Assembly (NCBI RefSeq): GCF_006345805.1
Contig: NW_021825118.1
Span: 1 to 16,195, forward strand
Length of the DNA: 16,195 nt
Direction: 5' to 3'
DNA from: Octopus sinensis
Taxonomy: Eukaryota
Shown: positions 1 through 9,289 of the stretch, in pieces
Layout: every line of letters starts with the position of its first letter
How positions within the stretch are numbered: position 1 is the stretch's first letter
The notes under the pieces: generated by a model
What the model saw: the letters and a program-made list of their open reading frames with translations, nothing else
Told to the model about the DNA's origin: nothing
The model's database searches: none
Made by a program: the position numbers and the translations under genes

Positions 1-127
1 TCATCATCATCATCCTTCGTTTGTCGTCGTCGTCGTCGTTGCTGTCATCATCAGCATCATCACCGCCATCGTCACCATCATCATCATCATCATCATCACT
101 ACCATCATCATTATCATCATCATCACC

Positions 128-159
<32 letters not shown>

Positions 160-600
160 CATCACCACCACCACCATTATCATCGCCATCATCGTTATCG
201 TCATTATCCTCATCATCACTACCACCATTGCCATCATCATCATCCTCATCATCATTATCATCATCGTCATCATCGTCATCATCATCATCATTATCATCAC
301 CATCATCATGACCATTATCAAAATCGTCGTGATCATATTCGTCGTCATCAGGATCATCACCATCATCATCATCATCATCATCATCACAGCAGCAGCATCG
401 CCATCTCCATCATCATCATCATCATCATCTTCGTTCTCGTCGTCATCGCCTTCATCATCATCGTCCTCCTCCTCCTCATCATCATCATCATCATCTCCAT
501 TATCCTCGTCGATTTAACGTTGTCATTGACTTCACCAACGCCACCCCCACCACCACTTTTCATCTTCGTTGTCATTGTCATCATTACTATCATAACCGCC
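1..600. repeat. Degenerate (CAT/CGT/CAC)n trinucleotide microsatellite
   Basis: Continuous cat/cgt/cac/cct triplets. These explain the poly-Met, poly-Ser and poly-Ile ORFs at 10-623. Confidence 0.95.
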
Positions 601-715
601 ACTGCCACCCCCAACTGTAGCACCTAGCCACCAATATTTTGGCCTTCACAGCAGAAATAATGGCTGAACGTACTCGTGCCTTGGTAGTCACGTCGTTGCA
701 GAATCGCCCCAGTTG

Positions 716-796
716 TGCGGCCCTTTGGGCAGGTTTTCTCTACCGTGGCCTCAGGTTAATCAATTCTTTTGCAAGTGGAATTTGATGAGCAAGAAA
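716..796 (+). mobile_element. Old relic of the SINE family B core
   Basis: ctttgggcaggttttctctac...gcaagtggaatttg aligns loosely by eye to cttgggcaagtgtcttcta...gagtggatttgg in the family B copy at 13794-14162. Confidence 0.45.
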
Positions 797-891
797 TATA
801 CAGATTTCTGATGTGTGTGTGTTCATTTTTTATGCCGAACCAATGTCAGGTATAAATAATATGGTTTGCAATTTTCACTTTTATTTCAATA

Positions 892-1283
892 CTAGCAGTA
901 TCGCCCGGCGTTGCTCGGGTTTGTTTCGACCCTTTAGAATTGGAATTTTTGAAAAGTAAAAATTTTGCATTAAGTAGCTTGTTATTCTCTTTAAGTGAAC
1001 ATTTTTCTGGTTGAAATACACCGAAAAATGGCAACACGGCAGTGAAAAAATCATAAAAAATAGGGATTTTCATAGAAAAAAAGCACCTTTTTGATGTAAA
1101 TAATTTTTGGTGTTAACATGGTCCGATTCGAATGTTTTCTTCTACGGAAGGAAGAGCAAGCCTTCTTCTATCATACTCTCAATTTTGGTCAACTTGCGCC
1201 GTAGGGTGTCGGAGGAGATAGTGTTAGTTGAAGGCTACCAAACCTGCTATACACAGACAACTTCAGCTTTATATAGAGAGAGA
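892..1283 (-). mobile_element. Non-autonomous Helitron (392 bp)
   Basis: On the minus strand it starts TC (1283-1282) and ends CTAG (895-892). A GC-rich hairpin cccg-a-gc-aac-gc-cggg (919-904) lies 8 nt before CTAG. It is inserted between host A (1284) and T (891) with no TSD. Removing it restores a 19-bp inverted repeat in the flanks, which independently supports both boundaries. Confidence 0.88.
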
Positions 1284-1311
1284 TTTCGGGATTGCAACCA
1301 GTTTTCAGAAG

Positions 1312-1351
1312 ATTTCCTGATGAAGGTGTCCTTATATCGAAATATTGAAAT
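1312..1351 (+). ncRNA. Minimal type I hammerhead ribozyme-like motif HH1
   Basis: atttc(1312-16) CTGATGA(1317-23) a ggtgt-cctt-atatc GAAA(1339-42) ta TT gaaat(1347-51). Helix I is 5 bp, helix II is 5 bp with two G-U pairs, and helix III is palindromic (aatatt). Confidence 0.5.
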
Positions 1352-1729
1352 ACAAGGTAGAAGTACAACCCATCCTTTTATGTTATTTATTATAACGTGC
1401 ATTGTTCTGGGTTTAATGGAAATTAATACAGACAATACTTCATGTAAACTATATGTGTGTGTGTGTGTGTAAAGGAAAAAGATCTAAGGATCAAAGTGTA
1501 GGAAGATAGTAAGCGTGGAACAGTCCATAGAAGGTTCGCATTTTCGATCGAATCTCCGGCGAGTCAACATGGGATCCCTTGACGACAACGTAAACTTCTT
1601 TTGATTAAAGTACTTTCGGCCGACGAGTAGCGAGCGGATTACCCCTCGTCTAGATAATTACAACTTCCGAGGTCCTGCTAGCTAGGAAACATATGTAACC
1701 TGGATTTTTATCTGATCCTTTCTCTCTCT

Positions 1730-1843
1730 ACACACACACACCACACACACACACACACGCACATACACATATATAGATATAGATAAACACACACATACAT
1801 GCATACATACACATACATCTGTGAGCCATATCTGTATATCTGT

Positions 1844-1886
<43 letters not shown>

Positions 1887-2065
1887 GTGTGTGTAGAGTA
1901 ACCCTATAAACAGTAATATATATATAGACTGCTCTACTTCTTACAAATGTGCTTCTTCGGATTTAAATTTTCAAAAAAAAAAGCGATACATACATACATA
2001 CATAGATACATACAAACATACATACATATATATATACATATATATACTATATGCATATATCTGTA

Positions 2066-2144
<79 letters not shown>

Positions 2145-2290
2145 TTATATATTTATGTAATTTAATATATAATATACATAGGTATCACTACATTTCATAT
2201 ACATAGACATGTATAATATATATAATACGTCCTGTTAAATATATGTGCAAGTGTGTGTATATGTACACACACACACACACGCTCACACGC

Positions 2291-2360
<70 letters not shown>
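1730..2360. repeat. Cluster of (CA)n, (TG)n, (TACA)n and (TA)n microsatellites
   Basis: Directly visible runs at about 1730-1800, 1846-1893, 1985-2140 and 2266-2360. Confidence 0.95.
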
Positions 2361-2362
2361 CC

Positions 2363-2445
2363 GTCGATTTGTTCAGCTAAACCCTTCAAGGAATACTTGT
2401 ATGCCTCCAGCATACCCGAAGTTCAATGACTGAAGCAAGCAAAAA
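2363..2445 (+). mobile_element. SINE family B 3-prime tail relic
   Basis: gtcgatttgttcagctaaa...aatgactgaagcaagcaaaa resembles gtcgatttgctcgactaaa...aatgactgaaacaaataaaa at about 14110-14160. It follows a microsatellite, as in other family B copies. Confidence 0.55.
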
Positions 2446-2917
2446 ACATTTTAAGCTCTCAAAATAAGTTTTAATTAAAATTAAACCTAAATATATTGCT
2501 GTTGTAGTAGAGACTAGAAACCGTTTGGGATTCTGAGTCAATGACACGGCTTATTTACATGGAGAGAGTACAATTAGTTTCCACTGTAAATGAGCTCAGA
2601 GTGAATAAATAAAAGTTCGTTGTACGAATTCATTTCGGTGGAAATTTTCTCAGACAAATGAATCTTCATTGGACTTCGTTTAATAAAAATTAGCTATTTC
2701 GACAATTTGGTCCAAAATCTTGTTGCAGCTCCACTCCCAATGTTTGTGTATTCAAGCGGTACTTGTGTGGAAGACAGAGAATTGTTATAATACTCTGATT
2801 TTTACTTTTATTTTTCACCATCAAACTTACCGTCGACGGAGCTTGATTGATAAAAAGTATCATCACATACCTTCCATAAACATTTCGGGTGGGGGGGTCA
2901 ATATTTTAATAATTATT

Positions 2918-3148
2918 GAGGCGGTGAACTGGCAGATTCGTTAGCACACCAGGCGAAATGCTTAGTGGTATTTCGCCTGCCGCTACGTTCTGAGTTCAAA
3001 TTCCGCCGAGGTCGACTTTGCCTTTCATCCTTTCGGGGTCGATAAATTAAGTACTAGTCAAGCACTGGGGTGGATGTAATCGACTTAATCCCTTTTCTGT
3101 CCTTGTTTGTCTCCTCTATGTTTAGCCCCTTGTGGGTAGTAAAGAAAT
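2918..3148 (+). mobile_element. tRNA-derived SINE family A, full length, tail type 1
   Basis: Head gaggcggtgaactggcagattcgttagc with B-box gagttcaaatt. High similarity to the copy at 12880-13111. Ends ccccttgtgggtagtaaagaaat. Confidence 0.92.
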
Positions 3149-3156
3149 GAAATGAG

Positions 3157-3372
3157 ATTCGTTAGCACGCCGGGCGAAATGCATAACCGTATTTCGTCTG
3201 TCGCTACGTTCTGAGTTCAAATTCCGCCAAAGATCGACTTTACCCTTCATCCTTTCGGGATCGATTAAATAAGTACCAGTTACGCACTGGGGTCGATATA
3301 ATCGACTTAATCCGTTTGTCTGTCCTTGTTTGTCCCCTCTGTGTTTAGCCCCTTGTGGGTAATAAAGAAATA
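3157..3372 (+). mobile_element. SINE family A, 5-prime truncated, second unit of the tandem cluster
   Basis: Starts attcgttagcacgccgggcgaaatg, has the same body and tail type 1. Confidence 0.92.
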
Positions 3373-3540
3373 GGTATTTCGTCTGTCATTACGTTCTGAG
3401 TTCAAATTCCGCCGAGGTCGACTTTGCCTTTCATCCTTTCGGAATCAACAAATTAAGTACCAGTTGTGTACTGAGGTCGATCTAATCGACTGGCTCCCTC
3501 CCCCAAACTTTCTGGCCTTGTGCCTAGAGTAGAAAAGAAT
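3373..3540 (+). mobile_element. SINE family A, headless third unit with tail type 2
   Basis: Begins gtatttcgtctg directly after the previous tail. After atcgact the tail switches to ggctccctcccccaaactttctggccttgtgcctagagtagaaaagaat. Confidence 0.88.
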
Positions 3541-3544
3541 AATT

Positions 3545-3630
3545 GAGGCGGTGAGTTGGCAGATTCGTTAGCACGTCGGATGAGATGCTTAGCGGCATTC
3601 AATGTCTGATGAGATGCTTAGTGTCCATTC
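3545..3630 (+). mobile_element. SINE family A head only, with a local duplication of about 29 bp
   Basis: gaggcggtgagttggcagattcgttagcac is followed by gtcggatgagatgcttagcggcattcaat and gtctgatgagatgcttagtgtccattcaaa. Confidence 0.8.
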
Positions 3631-3865
3631 AAAGTCAGTGATCAACTCTGACGATACCGGTATGACTTTCACTCTCTATAATGGTTCATAATAATGATTT
3701 ATATACTTCATAATTCCACCTCAAATCTTCTAATTGTATGTATATATCCTTTCTTTCCTTTCAAAAGCCTTTATTTTTTAAATATCTAATGTGCATTTGC
3801 TTTGTTTCCTTTTTACTTTTCCCCTATTTATACCTCGTGTAGTCTTTTTTCTTTGAAACCTATTT

Positions 3866-3871
3866 TTATTG

Positions 3872-3902
<31 letters not shown>

Positions 3903-3945
3903 ATACAATAGAAATATATATATATATATAGAGAGAGAGAGAGGA
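3866..3945. repeat. (TA)n/(GA)n microsatellite
   Basis: Directly visible. Confidence 0.9.
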
Positions 3946-4599
3946 AATTAGTGATATAGATATCCACTTTATACAGCTCAACCGATTAATGCTCTGCTAG
4001 AGCTTCAGGAATATAACATTAAGGAGAAGAGAAAATAAATTCAAAGTCCGATGTAATATTCATTCAATCCATATTAACGAAATTCTCCATGGTATACAAA
4101 GTATATACATAACTGCATACATCATATTGACAGAAAATGTTGTTACATCCAGCCAGTAAGTGGCCGCTGGTCTTATGTCAACATGTATTATTTCAGATTA
4201 ATGTTCTGATTTACAATATACTACTGGAAATAACATGTTAGCAGATGTTAGTTGTGAGCCATAGTTCAGTGTCTCCATTCCGATGACTTTGGTGCAATGT
4301 ATAGTCTGTTAAAATCTGGTTGATTTAAGTGGAGTTCCGTGCCTATATTAATGATTTATATATATATATATATAGATATAATAAAATATTGGGAATAAAT
4401 CCAAATTACAGGGGAAAAATAGATTTAGGATGAATCAATTTTTATAGTAAAATATATATTATATATAATTAGAGATGAACCACTATTAGGCAAAATCAAA
4501 CAATGCAAACTTAAGCCAATAATAAAATTAATTAAATTTATATTATTTTAAATATATATCAAGTATTAAAAGTTTAATAAAAGATAATAAGTAAACCCA

Positions 4600-4638
4600 T
4601 TATATTATATATATAATATATACTATATATAATATATA

Positions 4639-4694
<56 letters not shown>

Positions 4695-4820
4695 GTATAT
4701 ATATATATATAATATATTATATATATATATAGTATATAATATATATATAAGATATTATATATATATATATATATATGTATTATATATATATGTGTATATA
4801 TATATATATATTAATATATA
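4600..4820. repeat. Imperfect (TA)n microsatellite
   Basis: About 220 bp of almost pure A/T dinucleotide repeat. Confidence 0.95.
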
Positions 4821-5314
4821 TACGATCGCTATTTTCCAGTAAATATCGGTACTTCGTTGTACCATTTATTTACTTTTATATGTACAATTTTACCCTTACG
4901 GGCTATCTTTCACTGGATAGCAATACTTTCGTATTGCATTACTATTTTCATTGAAAATCTTCACTGTTCTCGTTCTGTTAACGTTTTGGCGTTCAGACGA
5001 GTGTACTGGCATAGATATGGCAACATTGACATTTGTCGATTTGTGTGGGTATTGCAGCTGATGAGACAAATCAAATATACGTTGGCAAACGTATTTGAAG
5101 AGTCTGAAATCGGTACTGCATTATCCGTTTCTAGGATTTTCATTTTTCAGAGGTTCTTCCTAGAGGTAAGACAAATTTTTTTCATGTTTGTTGCACACAT
5201 ACGTCTTTACTAGTATATACGCCAGTGAGCTATACAATAGCGTCGTATTTATTACGATCGCTATTTTACAGTAAATATCGGTACTTCGTTATACCATTTA
5301 TTTACTTTTATATG

Positions 5315-5316
<2 letters not shown>
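4821..5316 (+). mobile_element. Terminally redundant 432-bp hammerhead-bearing unit (retrozyme or Penelope-like pLTR candidate) inside (TA)n
   Basis: 64-bp direct repeats at 4821-4884 and 5253-5316 differ at 2 positions. It has an internal hammerhead at 5047-5126, many short hairpins, no recognisable protein, and TA microsatellite on both sides. Confidence 0.7.
5047..5126 (+). ncRNA. Type I hammerhead ribozyme HH2
   Basis: Helix I gggtattgcag(5047-57)/ctgcattatcc(5116-26) pairs at 10 of 11 positions, including one G-U. Core CTGATGA at 5058-64. Helix II gac/gtc is extended by tcaaata/tatttga and cgtt/aacg. GAAA at 5106-09, then tcgg and UA (5114-15). Predicted cleavage after 5115. One extra U at 5105. 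Confidence 0.78.
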
Positions 5317-5352
<36 letters not shown>

Positions 5353-5430
5353 AAATATTATATATATAAATGCATATATACATACATATATGTACATACC
5401 TACATATATATGTATATATACATGCATATA
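5317..5430. repeat. (TA)n/(TACA)n microsatellite
   Basis: Directly visible. Confidence 0.9.
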
Positions 5431-5454
5431 TGGGTACAGCTTTCAGAGGAGGGT

Positions 5455-5965
5455 AGATTGTTTGTGTTTTACTGTCAAAAATGCACATTTGCACTCACTG
5501 AATTTCATCCCAATGTATGTAGAAAATTGAGTTATAAGGTCCAATTTTTATTTAAAGTGGTTGATATTTACCCTATAGTTTAATGTCGTCGACAAAGAAA
5601 AGATTATAGATATTTCCAAATCCATTTCTCTGGTCACACTATGTTTTGTGAGCAGATATGATAGTGGATTTAAAGAGACTCAATCTGTTCTTTTAACATT
5701 TCTAAGGAGCAAAGTGGAGTATTAAGTTTTGGTCAGGCAATCCAATATCACTCACTAGTGGTCGTGGAACTTTGGCAAACTGTAAAGCCTTGACAGTCAA
5801 CCCATGTGGTATATTATCGAAAGTTTTCCGGTAGTCTAGTCACATTACGATTAAGTTTCTGCGACTTTTTTCTGGTTTTTTTTTTCTTGGATCATTTTGT
5901 TAATTAGTAACTGTTGTATACAGGCCCACACTTCCTTCTTACCTCCAACTTGTTCAAGTGTTATT
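5455..5965 (-). pseudogene. Reverse transcriptase relic of an R4/Dong-like non-LTR retrotransposon
   Basis: Manual minus-strand translation across frameshifts gives EQVGGKKEVWACIQQLLINKM, RRNLIVM*LDYRKTFDNIPH (about 5804-5860), LNPLSYLL (5650-5673), NLFFVDDIKL*GK (YxDD region, about 5570-5605) and LDLITQFSTYIGMKFSECKCA (about 5482-5545). The motifs are in the order expected for this RT type. Confidence 0.85.
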
Positions 5966-6244
5966 TACGTACATATGCATGTATGTATGTGTTTTGTATT
6001 CGTATTTTGTTTGCAAGATTCTTGGTGTAAACTCCTGTATTGGTACATATTTTGTTATTTTGTTGAATCTCTGGAGGGTCATTATGGCATTGATAAACAC
6101 ACGCACTATTTCACTTCTTTATTTATATTTGTTAAATTGGTTAACCATTTAAATGAATTGACTAATGATAATAAAAGACGTGAAATAGGACAAGACCAGT
6201 ACACGTGTGAATTATTGGCATAATAAATACAATATAAATATATT

Positions 6245-6830
6245 TCCCTCTTCTCTCTTACTCTCTTTCTCTCTTCTCTCTTACTCTTTCACCCTCTCTT
6301 TCTCTCTTCTCTCTTACTCTCTTTCTCTCTTACTCTCTTACTCTCTCTCCTCACATACCCACCTTCCCCTTCTCCCTTCATTGCCAACCCTCCCCCATAA
6401 GTCCACCCCACCCCTACACATTCCTACTCCACCTTCCCTATCTTTCCCGTCCCCCCATCTCATCCCCCATCTTATTCCAAACACCCTCTCCCACATACCC
6501 AACCTCTACCCCCACTCTCTGCCTACCCACAAACCCCACCTCTACCCCCACCCTCTGCCTACCCACATACTCCAACTCTACCCCAACCCAAACCGAACCC
6601 ACATCCCACCCGTGCTTTCCCCACTCTCACGTCCCCACCTCCCAACAACATCACACCACACCACACTACACCATACAACATTAGACATCACATCACAACA
6701 CACCACCCACACACCAGCACTGACCAATTCCCATCCCCATATTTTCACACCTACACATACATACACGCACACGTCCAGACCACCAGCCCTCTTTCACACG
6801 CACATACATACTCTCTTATACACACACGCA
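6245..6830. repeat. Strand-biased C-rich low-complexity tract, including a 36-bp tandem unit
   Basis: CT-rich ctctctta repeats at 6250-6350. acctctacccccac(t/c)ctctgcctacccaca repeats at 6502-6537 and 6538-6573, with a partial third copy. Confidence 0.85.
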
Positions 6831-6929
6831 CCTTCGTGTTGGGGGGGGGGGTCATCTTTACTTTGTTATCTGCCCTACTTCTTCGCTCTCGTGTGTGACC
6901 CTTCTGTCTGGCAGTCGCCATGATAGATC

Positions 6930-7123
6930 GTTAGCCGCTACACACATGTTTTTCTCTCCTTGTTTCTCTCGTTTTTTTTTTTCTGTGTCCCTTTCTGTAG
7001 AAGAGCGTAGGCTCGAAACGTAAAAGACTTTTTCTATTCCTGAGCGTTATACTAATACATCTGTTTGTTTTGTACACCACCTGTCTTCGTCTTTTGTTCT
7101 TTTCGAAAATTCTCCCTATATAT

Positions 7124-7126
<3 letters not shown>
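6930..7126 (+). mobile_element. Penelope-like terminal segment carrying a variant hammerhead, ending in a TA/GA microsatellite
   Basis: Contains HH3 and ends aattctccctatatatata at a microsatellite. The family assignment is inferred from the motif and context only. Confidence 0.4.
6991..7026 (+). ncRNA. Variant minimal hammerhead-like motif HH3
   Basis: cttt CTGTAGA a gagc-gtag-gctc GAAA cg TA aaag. Helices I and II are perfect 4 bp and helix III is palindromic (acgt), but core A6 is replaced by U. Confidence 0.5.

Positions 7127-7127
<1 letters not shown>

Positions 7128-7181
<54 letters not shown>
7128..7181. repeat. (GA)n microsatellite
   Basis: Directly visible. Confidence 0.95.
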
Positions 7182-7182
<1 letters not shown>

Positions 7183-7393
7183 CAATGTCTTCAGAATTTT
7201 GGAAATAAATCTTTTTATTTCTTCATTATTATTAGCGCTTTCGTTCCTTTCTCTAACTTGTCAAATAAAAATTTGTGAATGTACAAACAGCTTGTTCATT
7301 TATATAAAACATGTTTTTGTTGGGGGTTTTTTTTTTTGGGGGGGGGGTAGAAGAGAACATTGTTTTTTTTTTAATGAGGTTCCATGACAATGG

Positions 7394-7417
7394 AGATAGA
7401 TAGAAATATAAGTAGAC

Positions 7418-7485
<68 letters not shown>

Positions 7486-7512
7486 CGTCAGTAAGATAAA
7501 TAGATAGGTAGA
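7394..7512. repeat. (GATA)n microsatellite
   Basis: Directly visible. It is the source of the YLSI ORFs. Confidence 0.95.
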
Positions 7513-7867
7513 TAGAGGGAGAGAGAGAAGGGGGATCCCCATTCCTATTCATCATTTATTTATTTTGACATTTCCCATTGTATTGGAATGGGTTTAAGTA
7601 TGGTGACATCTTCAAAAAAAAAAATTCAAAATTAAATTAAAATAAAAAATAACGCAAGTCTTTTTGCTTCCTCTTTCCTTCTTTTTTCCTCTTTCTTTTT
7701 CTCTTCTTTGAGTTATATTTAGAATACAAAATGTACTGCCTCCCCTTTTCTTTCAAACATTCAATCTTGGAGAGAATTTTTTGATGAAATGTAGTTCTGC
7801 ATGAAAAAAACATTAGTATGATATTTGCAAATTAAACATTTTTTAAATAAATAAATATAATAAAATT

Positions 7868-7874
7868 ATATATA

Positions 7875-7929
<55 letters not shown>

Positions 7930-7940
7930 GATATATATAA
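7868..7940. repeat. (TA)n microsatellite
   Basis: Directly visible. Confidence 0.95.
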
Positions 7941-8020
7941 CTATGTAGGATTTTTTTTCGAAAAAAATTTTACCAATGGCTAGCATATCAAAAAATACCT
8001 TTAAAGGTCAAATTTATAAA

Positions 8021-8124
8021 TAACTTATAAAATAAGGGCAAAATAAAAATTCTAATGCCAAAGTCTTTTTTTTTTCGGCATATTTGGCATTGGAATTTTT
8101 CTTTTGCCCTTATTTTCTAAGTTA
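8021..8124. mobile_element. Fold-back / MITE-like element: 42-bp inverted arms with a 20-bp spacer
   Basis: 8021-8062 matches the reverse complement of 8083-8124 at 39 of 42 positions. The right end abuts (TA)n. Confidence 0.7.
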
Positions 8125-8397
8125 TATATATATATAATTCAACCATGGTAGAGGTTGAATATATTCTTAAGTCTACCATTTCGTCAATCGAAGCAGATTC
8201 CAAGCTTCACTACTAATTCAGTTTTCAACTAAATTGCAAACTGTTAACAGTTTTAAAGAGGACATCTCCTCAGATACACTTTGGCATAAATAGTTTGAGA
8301 TTTGGTTCAGTAGAAAAAAAGATGAAGTATTGTATCTTTATCGGAAACCGGCTACCTCTTCAGTGGAAGATCTATAATAATTAAAAAATAGAAGAGA

Positions 8398-8475
8398 TAT
8401 ACATATGTACATACATATACACATATATATATATACACATACATACATATACACATACATACATTGGCACGTACG

Positions 8476-8510
<35 letters not shown>

Positions 8511-8515
8511 GTAGG

Positions 8516-8592
<77 letters not shown>
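8398..8592. repeat. (TACA)n then (AGAT)n microsatellites
   Basis: Directly visible; the AGAT run is at 8476-8591. Confidence 0.95.
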
Positions 8593-8593
<1 letters not shown>

Positions 8594-9289
8594 TGATAAA
8601 TGAGAATTAGAAGAAATATGAGGCAATATAGAGACACATTAAACGTGTTAGAGAGAGTTTAAAGGTAAAAGTTGGCAAAGGTATAAGAGCTGGATTTAAG
8701 CAGAGAGAAGGAAGGGGGGAGATTGTAGCAGAGTTTAGGACGTCATCATGTCTTTAGTTATATCATTCTGTCATCAACACCCTCTCCACTTCTCTTTGTC
8801 TCCCTCATTCTCTCCCATTCTTTCTCTCTCTTTCTCTCTCCCTTTTCCTCCTCTGTCGTGCTCTTTAAAGTGCATCATAATAAATGAAGTAAATCTCTCC
8901 GTCCCAGAACCCAAATAATTTATTCGCTAAACGTGCGTCGATTTATCAATTTAATTTCAGCAAAAGATTTCTGCTAAAGTTTTAAGGTCTCCTGAGTATC
9001 TAATTGTGTGTATGTATGTATGTATGATTGTATGTGTGTATGGATGGATGGATGGATGTACGCATGTATGTATGTTTCTATATATGTATGTTCTCTTCTG
9101 TTTTTTTTAATTATATGCTATCTTCCTCAGAGAAAGGGGCTGGTTTCTAACAAAGATATAATGCTTCATCGCGGGAATGTAGATAACAAAAAAATTCACA
9201 TTTTAAGCTTAAACGTGTTTTTCTGTTCTACTTAGAGATCGTACTTGCAATGTGTGTGTTATCTGGTTGATTTCTTTCTTTGAAAACCC

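Noticed and set aside
10-623. Poly-Met, poly-Ser and poly-Ile ORFs
   Set aside because: They are translations of the (CAT)n microsatellite. The triplet phase shifts and there is no splice or domain evidence.
3606-3670. CTGATGA (3606) and CTGACGA (about 3648) hammerhead cores
   Set aside because: No GAAA or helix I partner. The first arises from mutation of the duplicated SINE head.
4372-4600. AT-rich segment that resembles a dispersed repeat I recall from octopus sequence
   Set aside because: No second copy, termini or motif within this window support it.
4857-5213. 118-aa ORF in the hammerhead unit
   Set aside because: No recognisable motif, a non-ATG start, and it begins inside the terminal repeat. 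The RNA structure explains the region better.
6207-6923. 238-aa Pro/His/Leu-rich ORF
   Set aside because: It stays open because the C-rich low-complexity tract lacks stop codons; nothing else supports coding.
8170-8370. Minus-strand CTGAAGA (about 8356-8362) and CTGAGGA (about 8262-8268) cores, and the 16-bp palindrome at 8238-8253
   Set aside because: I could not assemble GAAA, a cleavage triplet and helix I in a consistent register.
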